Origin: an uncultured Alphaproteobacteria bacterium
GTDB taxonomy: Bacteria; Pseudomonadota; Alphaproteobacteria; Rs-D84
Direction: 5' to 3'
Length of the DNA: 34,578 nt
Assembly (NCBI GenBank): GCA_947053455.1
Contig: CAMRSV010000008.1
Span: 1-34,578, forward strand
Below the pieces are notes generated by a model. It saw nothing but the letters and a program-made list of their open reading frames with translations. It searched no databases and was not told the DNA's origin. Below are positions 17,564-26,100 of this stretch, one piece after another. A program made the translations under genes and the position numbers. The first letter of the stretch is position 1; the number at the start of each line of letters is the position of its first letter.

Positions 17564-18637
17564 TTAATCTTCGCGGAACAGCATTGACGGATCGACCGCA
17601 CTGTTACCACGACGCACCTCTAGATACATCTCGTTCTTGTCTGAATCCATGCGCCCAATCGGTTCACCAGCCAGAACCTCCTGTTCCAAAACGACATCTA
17701 TTGCGCCCAAATTCGTCATCACAGTATTATATCCGTTTTTATGCGACATTATAACAACGCGCCCAAAACCACGGAAAGTATCGGCAAACCTTACCACACC
17801 GTCGGCCGGCGCCGTCACCAATGCCGACCCACGCGTACGTATGCGCCAACCGTCCGAATTTAGACCCAAAGCCGTTTTTTCGCCAAAACGCACAACCACG
17901 CGCCCGCGTACAGGCAAATTTAATTTCCGGCGCGAAAAACGCGCATCTTTTGACATCTTGGAACTGCCGACGCCAGCTGATAATTCGGAAATGCTTTTTG
18001 CGCGGGCGGATAATTCGCGCAATTTCTTTTGAGTTGCAGACTGCTCACTTTTTAGTTTTTCATTTTGGGCGGCACGTCTGCGTAATAATTTGTCCAGTTC
18101 CTTTTTCTCATCTGCATATTTTTTCGCCGTGCGATCCAATTTTTCCTTTTCAATTGCACGTTCGGCGCGAACCTGTTCCAATTCACGAATTGTGGCGGTG
18201 GCCTGTGCAATTTCTGCATCAAACGCATCCGATGCACCGGCCAGAACCGCCGATGTAAGGACATACTCATGCATGCTGTCGGAATCAAAACTGGGGTGGG
18301 ACGCAACAAATAAAATACTGGCGGCGGCATCACTTATTCGCGCGCGGTTTTGTTCCAATGACTTGGTTAATTTCCCACGGCGCGCATCCAGTTCAGCAAT
18401 TTTTTGCGCAACTGCGGCGCGCTGCTCTTCCAGGCTTGACACCTGATCCGCGGCACGAACCAGTTTCTTTTTGGTTTTTTCTATGTCCCGGTCAGATGAT
18501 TTGACCTTTTCTTCCAGTTTTTTATTTTGCTGTTCGGTCTGCTTTATCTGGGCGTTTATCTGTGCCAAATCCGTCGCCGCATGTACCTGCGGCATCATCG
18601 CGCAAAGCACAAAACAAATGGCCAGGCGTCGCAGCAT
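17564..18637 (-). CDS. envC: Murein hydrolase activator EnvC (coiled-coil plus degenerate M23 domain)
   Basis: Signal peptide, long coiled coil, PV.G.V...FG...G..I...V.APADG.V.FA..F.GFG; Zn-ligand His residues absent, as in EnvC; TAATG overlap with the tyrS stop. Confidence 0.85.
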   Translation of the reverse strand: MLRRLAICFVLCAMMPQVHAATDLAQINAQIKQTEQQNKKLEEKVKSSDRDIEKTKKKLVRAADQVSSLEEQRAAVAQKIAELDARRGKLTKSLEQNRARISDAAASILFVASHPSFDSDSMHEYVLTSAVLAGASDAFDAEIAQATATIRELEQVRAERAIEKEKLDRTAKKYADEKKELDKLLRRRAAQNEKLKSEQSATQKKLRELSARAKSISELSAGVGSSKMSKDARFSRRKLNLPVRGRVVVRFGEKTALGLNSDGWRIRTRGSALVTAPADGVVRFADTFRGFGRVVIMSHKNGYNTVMTNLGAIDVVLEQEVLAGEPIGRMDSDKNEMYLEVRRGNSAVDPSMLFRED

Positions 18638-19851
18638 TATCCGCACACCACCCGCAGAAATGTTTTCTTGCCCTTTTGCACCATGAATTCATCAGACGGC
18701 GAAATTATATGACGCGGGTCTGTTACCTTTTCACCGTTGATTTGAATGCCGCCCTGCTCGACCATGCGCCGCGCCTCGGATTTAGAATCAAATAATCCAG
18801 CCGCGCACAGAAAATCCAAAACACCCATATCGCCCGACATTTCAATCGTTGTCGTTGGGGCATTGGCCATTGCGTCACCGCCGCCAAACAATGCCGCCGC
18901 CGCGTCCGCCGCACTTTGCGCCGCATCCCGGCCATGCGCAATTTCTGTTGCCGCAAATGCCAAAATCTTTTTCGCTTCGTTCAGTTCTGCGCCCTGCAAC
19001 TTTGAAAGTCGCGCAATTTCATCCAACGGAATTTCGGTGAATATTTTTAGGAATTTTTCCACTAAATCATCGGGCGTATTACGAAAATACTGATAATATT
19101 CATAGGGAGACGTTTTCTCTTCGTTGACCCAAATCGCATTACCTGCCGACTTTCCAATTTTATTGCCCGCCGCGTCCGTAATCAGCGACGTAGACAAAAC
19201 AAACGCCTCTTTGCCCAGTTTTTTACGGATAAGTTCAATTCCCATAATGGCATTACCCCACTGATCCGCGCCGCACGTCTGCAAAATACATCCGTATTTC
19301 TTATACAGTGTCAAGAAATCAACCGCCTGAAATGTCATGTAGTTGAATTCCAGAAATGTCATGCCGTTATCCAATCTGCGCTTTACGCTTTCCATTGACA
19401 ACATGCGCGGTACGGTAAAATCCGTACCAAAATCGCGCAGAAAATCCAGATGACTATAGCCCTTCATCCAATCATAATTATCAACCATTACGGCATCTGA
19501 CGGGCCGTCGCCAAATTTAAAGAATTTCGAATAAGATTTCTTTAGCCCTGCTATATTTTTTGCCAAAACTTCTTCGGTCATCATAGGACGCCCGGCGTCA
19601 CGCCCCGACGGGTCACCGATACGCCCGGTCGCCCCCCCGACCAGTGTTAATGGCCGGTGCCCGTATTTCTGCAACCAACGCATCATCATTACCGGCACCA
19701 AATGCCCCACATGCAATGAGTCCGCCGTCGGATCAGACCCCAAATACGCCGTTATTGCCCCGGCGTTTAATGCGTCATTTAATGCGTCAATATTTGAAAC
19801 CTGGTTTATGAATCCGCGCGCGGATAATTCCCGTAATAACTCGTTTTGCAT
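18637..19851 (-). CDS. tyrS: Tyrosine--tRNA ligase
   Basis: G.DPTADSLHVGH, IGDPSGR, EFNY..FQA.DF, G.DQWGN, KIGKS, C-terminal S4 domain; start at ATG 19851. Confidence 0.98.
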   Translation of the reverse strand: MQNELLRELSARGFINQVSNIDALNDALNAGAITAYLGSDPTADSLHVGHLVPVMMMRWLQKYGHRPLTLVGGATGRIGDPSGRDAGRPMMTEEVLAKNIAGLKKSYSKFFKFGDGPSDAVMVDNYDWMKGYSHLDFLRDFGTDFTVPRMLSMESVKRRLDNGMTFLEFNYMTFQAVDFLTLYKKYGCILQTCGADQWGNAIMGIELIRKKLGKEAFVLSTSLITDAAGNKIGKSAGNAIWVNEEKTSPYEYYQYFRNTPDDLVEKFLKIFTEIPLDEIARLSKLQGAELNEAKKILAFAATEIAHGRDAAQSAADAAAALFGGGDAMANAPTTTIEMSGDMGVLDFLCAAGLFDSKSEARRMVEQGGIQINGEKVTDPRHIISPSDEFMVQKGKKTFLRVVCG

Positions 19852-19902
19852 AATAAATTCCCTTTTGCTGTATTTTACACCGCGGCGCGTCAAATCGCAA
19901 TA

Positions 19903-19942
19903 AAAATGTCCAATACCGCACAATAATAGCGGGATTGGACAC
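19903..19942 (-). terminator. Intrinsic terminator
   Basis: TGTCCAATCCCGC...GCGGTATTGGACA followed by TTTTT on minus. Confidence 0.65.
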
Positions 19943-19989
19943 AAACGCATATTTTTACACGATTCTCAAAGTCCTATTATTATCCAACA

Positions 19990-20388
19990 CTATCTCTGGG
20001 AAACCCGCGCAATGGAAATCATTTTTTCCGTCAGTGATTTATATAATGGAACCCCGTAAATCTGTGCGGCCATTAAAATGGCATATTTGAAACGCAGGCG
20101 ATTAAAACTGCCGCTTTTAAGGCCGGGTATGTTACGCAATAGCCCACGGGCAACATTTTTATTAGAAATTTCCGGGCAAATATATAAACGACCATGAAAT
20201 TCGTATGCAATTTCGGATTTCCCGTCGCCTGATGTATGGATATAAAAGGCATCCCCTTTATTTATGGTTCTTGCGTTTATCCACGGCAATTGAATTTGCC
20301 GTAAATCGTCACCACCACGTGCCATCAATTCAATATGCGAAATTTTACCTGTCATGTGAAAAACAGATTTTACAACGTACGATTTCAC
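19990..20388 (-). CDS. Hypothetical protein (132 aa)
   Basis: Fills the tsf-tyrS gap; GTG start with GGGG RBS; no family recognised. Confidence 0.6.
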   Translation of the reverse strand: MKSYVVKSVFHMTGKISHIELMARGGDDLRQIQLPWINARTINKGDAFYIHTSGDGKSEIAYEFHGRLYICPEISNKNVARGLLRNIPGLKSGSFNRLRFKYAILMAAQIYGVPLYKSLTEKMISIARVSQR

Positions 20389-20409
20389 TTTAACCCCACT
20401 TTAAGTCCT

Positions 20410-20435
20410 AAAAAGGCTCGATATAAAATCGAGCC
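20410..20435 (-). terminator. Intrinsic terminator of rpsB-tsf
   Basis: GGCTCGAT-TTTAT-ATCGAGCC-TTTTT. Confidence 0.7.
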
Positions 20436-20539
20436 CGAATTTATTTATCTTTGACGCCATTAACGCCAACACTCAATCCAGCCTTTATCAATGCGGACGC
20501 CGTACGGGAAAAGCACGACGCACCGCATGACGCTGGGTT

Positions 20540-21409
20540 TCAGGCCAACATTTTGGCGACTTCATCCGCCAAATTGTCTTCTTGTTTTTCAATACCTTCG
20601 CCCAATACGAAGTACGCAAATCCAGCCAGTTTGCCACCCGCTTCATCAATAACCTGTTTTACAGTCTTGCTGGGGTCCATAACGAACGGCTGTTCTTCCA
20701 GAACGGATTCGGCATAATACTTGTTGATACGACCCTGAACCATTTTTTCAACAACCGCGTCCGGTTTGCCCGCTGTTACACCAGATTCAATGAACACCTT
20801 CTTTTCGCGTTCAACCGCCGCTGCGTCAACATCGGCAATTGTCATGAATTCCGGCTTGTTCGCAGCGATGTGCATCGCGATTTTCGTGCCAATTTCATCA
20901 ATTTTGTCCGATTCACCATTGATTGCAACAACAACACCGATTTGCCCCATGTTCGGAACCAAAGCATTGTGAATGTAGGTGTAGATATGGTCACCATTAA
21001 CTTTTGCAATACGACGCAGGTTCATGTTTTCACCAATCGTTGCGATTGTTGCGGCAATGTCGTCCTTGACCGCGGCCAATGTCGCGTCAAAGTCACCTTT
21101 TAATTCGGCTGCTTTTGCGGCAACATCTGCAACCAATTTCTGGAACTTGTCATTTTTCGCCACAAAATCAGTTTCCGCGTTCAATTCAACCACGCAACCC
21201 ATGTCATCGCATTTTACAACCGTAACCAATCCGGATGCCGCAACACGACCTGCCTTGGACGCAGCCTTTACAATCCCCTTCTGGCGCAACCAATCGGCAG
21301 CAGCCTCGACATCACCGTTTGTTTCGGTCAACGCCTTTTTGCAATCCATCATACCCGCGGATGTTTTTTCACGCAGTTCCTGAATCATTTTTGCTGTAAT
21401 TTCTGCCAT
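20540..21409 (-). CDS. tsf: Elongation factor Ts
   Basis: LREKT.AGMMDCKKAL, ELNAETDFVAKN, TIGENM, IAMHIAA, LGEGIEK. Confidence 0.99.
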   Translation of the reverse strand: MAEITAKMIQELREKTSAGMMDCKKALTETNGDVEAAADWLRQKGIVKAASKAGRVAASGLVTVVKCDDMGCVVELNAETDFVAKNDKFQKLVADVAAKAAELKGDFDATLAAVKDDIAATIATIGENMNLRRIAKVNGDHIYTYIHNALVPNMGQIGVVVAINGESDKIDEIGTKIAMHIAANKPEFMTIADVDAAAVEREKKVFIESGVTAGKPDAVVEKMVQGRINKYYAESVLEEQPFVMDPSKTVKQVIDEAGGKLAGFAYFVLGEGIEKQEDNLADEVAKMLA

Positions 21410-21448
21410 TGTATCTTCCTTTGATATTATTAAAGTTATTTTTGCGCC

Positions 21449-21472
21449 ACGGGCGCATAATCTTGCGCCCGT
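21449..21472 (-). other. rpsB-tsf intergenic hairpin
   Basis: 9-bp stem ACGGGCGCA...TGCGCCCGT. Confidence 0.5.
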
Positions 21473-21484
21473 AATGCGATTTTT

Positions 21485-22330
21485 TTACTTATCCGCCTTT
21501 TCGGCCAGTTTGCCGCGACGTTCCGCACGCGCTTCGGATGTTTTGGATTTAATGCGCGCTTCTTTTTCCTTAACCCCGTCTTCAAATTTATCTGCCGCGG
21601 CTAGGCTCTCTTCGCCTTTTTTGCCGGCGGCACCGCCCAGGCGCTTTTCAATACCAGACAAAATTGCATCCACAAACAAATCGCAATACAACTGTGCCGC
21701 AGATGCAGCATCATCATTACCCGGCACCGGATAGTCAACCATTTCCGGATTTGCATTCGTATCGCAAATCGCAATTGTCGGAATGTCCAAATTCTTGGCT
21801 TCTTTAACTGCATTCATTTCACGCGGCATATCAATGATTATCATTGCCTGTGGTGTGCCGTGCATTTCCAAAATACCGCCAAAAATACCGCGCAGTTTTT
21901 CAACTTCCTTGGTCATAACGCCAACTTCTTTCTTGGTCAGCCCCAGTTTTTCGGCATTTTCAATATCCGATTCCATCTTTTTCAGACGACGAATAGATTG
22001 AGAAACCGTTGTCCAGTTTGTCAGCATCCCACCCAGCCAGCGGTTGTTTACATAAAACTGTCCGCAGCGTTCCGCAGCGTCTTTGACAATGTCTTTGGCC
22101 TGGTGCTTGGTAGAAACAAACAGAACCTTGCCACCGGCGGCGGCAATCGCCTCCAATGCAACCAGCGAACGATGCAAAAGCGGCGCTGTCTTATTCAAAT
22201 TGATGATATGAATTTTATCTTTGACGCCATAAACATACGGTGTCATCAGCGGATTCCAGCGACGCGTATGGTGACCAAAATGCACACCGGCTTCCATTAA
22301 CTGTTTCATTGTAAATGTTGGCAATGCCAT
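21485..22330 (-). CDS. rpsB: 30S ribosomal protein S2
   Basis: EAGVHFGH..RRWNP.M, RWLGGMLTNW, DTN.NP..VDYPVPGNDDA; start at ATG 22330 with AAGGA RBS. Confidence 0.99.
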   Translation of the reverse strand: MALPTFTMKQLMEAGVHFGHHTRRWNPLMTPYVYGVKDKIHIINLNKTAPLLHRSLVALEAIAAAGGKVLFVSTKHQAKDIVKDAAERCGQFYVNNRWLGGMLTNWTTVSQSIRRLKKMESDIENAEKLGLTKKEVGVMTKEVEKLRGIFGGILEMHGTPQAMIIIDMPREMNAVKEAKNLDIPTIAICDTNANPEMVDYPVPGNDDAASAAQLYCDLFVDAILSGIEKRLGGAAGKKGEESLAAADKFEDGVKEKEARIKSKTSEARAERRGKLAEKADK

Positions 22331-22471
22331 GATTTTATCCTTTTTTCTGTTGTTATCCTCGCCATGGGTAAAAGACCGTTTTTCATTCCGGACAGAAATA
22401 TTGACCCGATGGCTGTGTTCTTCGCGCAACGCGCGTAGCCCGATAATAGACCAAACCGCGCTAAAAAGCAA
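22331..22471 (-). promoter_or_regulatory. rpsB promoter and structured leader
   Basis: TTGCTT-17-TATTAT (22443-22471) with GC-rich discriminator; long stem GCCATCGGGT...ACCCATGGC in the ~100-nt leader. Confidence 0.55.
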
Positions 22472-22489
22472 GCATTTTTTAATGTTTTG

Positions 22490-23107
22490 TCAAAAATCTT
22501 CTGTAGTGTCGGCACCGATGCTATTTTCTTCAATAAAACGTGCCAAAGTATTGCGATGAACACGCAAATTACGGGCGATTTCATAGCGACTGCGGCCGGC
22601 GCGCAACTTTTTGGCTATATATTGCTCACGACCGTACAGTTTTCTGATATTACTGCTTCCGCGCGGACGACCTACGTGGCCTCCTTCGGCCTTGACACGC
22701 GCCAAAGCCTCCTTTGTTCTTTGCGAAATTAAATTGCGTTCAATTTCGGCGGACAAACCGAACGCAAAGGCCAAAACCTTGCTAGTAATATCTGTCCCCA
22801 GACGATAATTGTCTTTTATTGTCCAAATTTGGGCACCAATATTCATACAATGATGCAAAATACTCATAATCTGCAACAGATTTCGCCCCAAGCGCGATAA
22901 TTCCGACGCAATTATCAAATCATCCTTTTTTATCCGGCGTAATAATCTTCCCAGTTTTCTTTTGTTCAAATCCTTGGTCGAAGAAATTGTTTCCTCTATC
23001 CAGAAATCTATGATCATGTCATTTTTTTCACAAAATCTCTGAATTTCAAACCGCTGGTTTTCCATCGTCTGGTGGTCGGTTGACACCCGGATATAGCCAT
23101 AAACCAC
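22490..23107 (-). CDS. Serine recombinase, Mpi-like DNA invertase/resolvase
   Basis: YGYIRVST.Q..ENQRFEI, SELSRLGRNL, WTIKDNYRLG.DI.SKVLAFAFGLSAEIERNLISQRTKEALAR..AEG..GRP, C-terminal HTH; AAGGAG RBS. Confidence 0.92.
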   Translation of the reverse strand: MVYGYIRVSTDHQTMENQRFEIQRFCEKNDMIIDFWIEETISSTKDLNKRKLGRLLRRIKKDDLIIASELSRLGRNLLQIMSILHHCMNIGAQIWTIKDNYRLGTDITSKVLAFAFGLSAEIERNLISQRTKEALARVKAEGGHVGRPRGSSNIRKLYGREQYIAKKLRAGRSRYEIARNLRVHRNTLARFIEENSIGADTTEDF

Positions 23108-23135
23108 TTTTTGCTCCTTAAACTAAATAAATAAC

Positions 23136-23181
23136 TTGTTTTTAAATTGTATGCTTTCTAATATGTACTTGATATATCAAG
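23136..23181 (+). promoter_or_regulatory. Putative promoter with overlapping 14-bp palindrome
   Basis: TTGTTT-17-TAATAT (23136-23164) and CTTGATATATCAAG (23168-23181). Confidence 0.45.
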
Positions 23182-23195
23182 GAAGGCAGGAATTT

Positions 23196-26100
23196 ATGAA
23201 AAACAATTCAACTAAAAAGAAAGTCAAGAAAAACAATACCCCGCAAATCAAAACACGCCGCCGCACAACAATATTTGTCGTGGCCGCGGCTATGGCTGTA
23301 CTAGCCCTGGGCGGCGCCATCGCATGGTTCAAAACGGACGCACAAAAGACGGTTCTGCACGCATCTGTGGACACGCCAACGTTTTCTGAATTCAGGGACA
23401 ACAACGCAACAATATTAACCGGTGACGCACATATTCCAACCGTTAACAATAACCGCGAATTAAATCCAATCCGGCCACTATATATATCTTATGCAGCCAA
23501 CCGTTCCCATACGCCGGCGTTCAAAATGAATCTAACGGATGCGGAAATTGCGCGCGCGATAAAAATCACACCGTTTATAAAGGGGAAATGGTCTGTCCAT
23601 GGCGGTGCAATATCATTTGTACCAGATATAAACTGGCCTGCGGATACCAAGTTCACAGTAAAAATTGCAAAAAACTTATTCAACGACGATGCCAAACCAG
23701 ACACGCGGCGAATTTCTTTTACAACACCCGATATTTCCGCCAAGATTGATAGTTTTAACATCTATCCGGACGGTGCGGCGCCAAAAAGAGTAATTGTAGC
23801 CGCCGTCGTATCTTTTAATTATCCGGTCAAACAGGCTAATTTTAACTCGCGAATTTCAATGGAACTGGATGGAAAACAAATTGATTTTTCATCCAAATTC
23901 GACAAATTTGACCGTACCGCGGTTATAACGACAAACCCTATTGATATTACGGATTCCGTACAGTCTGTGCGCATGAAAATCGGACGCATACCGGCCGCGG
24001 CTGGTACTGCGACAACAAAACCCGCCAATGCCAAAGTTACAATAGAGCCCGCCGACAATTTCTTTAGGGTTTCAGACATTCAAACAATCGCGGCCGACGA
24101 TAATGACGGAAATGCGCAACAATTGATTTTGATTACAACAACAACGGGCGCATCACGCGTTACACAGTGGACGAAAAATATTGACGCGTATCTGCTGCCA
24201 AAATTCAAGGGTGATGACAAGACGCGTGCCCACAAATGGGAAATGGATGAAGTTACGGACGCCGTAATCGCAAAATCAAAAAAACTGACATTGGACGAAA
24301 TAAACTTTGCCGCCCCCGGTGGCATATACCAGTATGCATTTGCATATGACGCGGGTGATGGTGATGAACGCTATATATATGTGAATGTACACGGCGGAAT
24401 AAAATCCGCGGGCGGTTTTGATTTAAAAAATTCCGCCGCACACGTGATGCGTGTGCCCTATCCGGAAAAAAGCGTTAAAATTGCAGGCGACGGCGCCTTG
24501 CTGTCACTGGGTGGGGATAGAAAACTGGGCATTATGACGCGCGGCGGTGTAAAAAACGCGTATGTAAATTTATACAAAGTCAAGGCATCTGAAATAAACC
24601 ACCTTATATCGCAGACGTATAATGTATTCTCGCAATCAATGGATTTCAAATCATGGGCATTCGGCGCATATGATATGTCGGTTGTATTTCAAAAAACCGT
24701 GCCGTTCGCAAACGCGTCCGTAAAGCGAACAAACTATGCATCAATTGATTTGGGCGATTATCTGGACAAGACAGGCGCAGACAAAACCGGGATATTTATC
24801 ATGCAAACCGGCATCACCCGATCAAACGCAGATTACAACGACCGACGTTTAATTCTGTTAACCGATTTGGGGATAATAAGAAAAATAAACAACGACGGCT
24901 CATCAGTGCTGTTTGTGTCCAGTTTATCGAAAGGCACACCGGCGCCATCTGTTGAAATATCTGTCTTGGGTCGAAACGGCAACCCGATTTGGACGGGTAA
25001 AACCAACACTGACGGGCGCGTCGACATTCCCCGGTTTGCATGGTCGGAATATAAAAATGCACGCGAACCTGTTGCGTTTGTCGCACGCCAAGGAAACGAT
25101 GTTTCATTCATTCCGTATGACGGCACATTTGATACGCGCGTTGAATATTCAAAATTTGAAACAGACGGCGCATATTCATCGAGTGTAATTCCAATGAACG
25201 CATATATATTCACAGACCGCGGAATTTACCGCCCGGGCGAAAACATGATTATCGGCGGCATTGTTAAAAACAAATCATTTGCAGAACTGGCCGGGGTACC
25301 GGTAAAACTGGAAATAGAAGACGCACGCGGTCGAACAATTTTTGAACGCACATTCTCTCTTGTTGCCGACGGAATGTTTGACATAAAATATGACATATCT
25401 GCAACCGCACCAATTGGTGATTGGACGGCACGCGTTTATTCGCTAAACACCAAGAACAAGCAACAGGATATTTTGGGAACCGCTAATTTCCGTGTTGAAG
25501 AATTTGTCCCGGACAATCTGAAAATAACCGCAAAAATATCGGATTCACGCGATGCCGGTTGGATTTCGCCAGAACAAATTACTGCGGATGTGTCATTGCG
25601 CAATCTGTTTGGAACACCGGCCGCGGATCGAATGATTACCGCACGTGCGGTTTTAACCCCGGCAACATTTTCATTTGATAAATACAAACAATACCGCTTT
25701 ACAGAAAACTTTATATCCGGAACGGGACTGTCTGACAACAGCATGGCACGCCCCCAACAAATTACAATTGATTTGCCTAACACGTACACCGACGAAAATG
25801 GAATGGCGAAAATGCCAATAAAATTTGACGGTGATATCGGCAATGGAACATACGTATTGAACCTGACGGTCAATGGCGGCAACGGGGAAAATGGGAACAG
25901 CGTGCGCACCACGATTTCAACACGGGTCGCGGCTGCAAAATATCTGGTTGGATTCCATGCAGATTCCGACTTATCATACATAAATAAAAACGCCGTGCGC
26001 CGGGTCAATCTTATTGCGCTTGATGCGACTGCAACACCGATTGCGGTAAACGGATTAACCAAAAAACTTATACGGCGCGAAAATCTGACCAGCCTGGTGA

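Noticed and set aside
20478-20542. SECIS-type UGA read-through of tsf
   Set aside because: EF-Ts is complete at the UGA and the extension has no recognisable features.
22331-22471. N-terminal extensions in the ORF track for rpsB (also tyrS, ctpA, the OmpA gene and A2M)
   Set aside because: Downstream ATGs have clear RBSs and give family-typical N-termini; the extensions overlap promoter or leader sequence.
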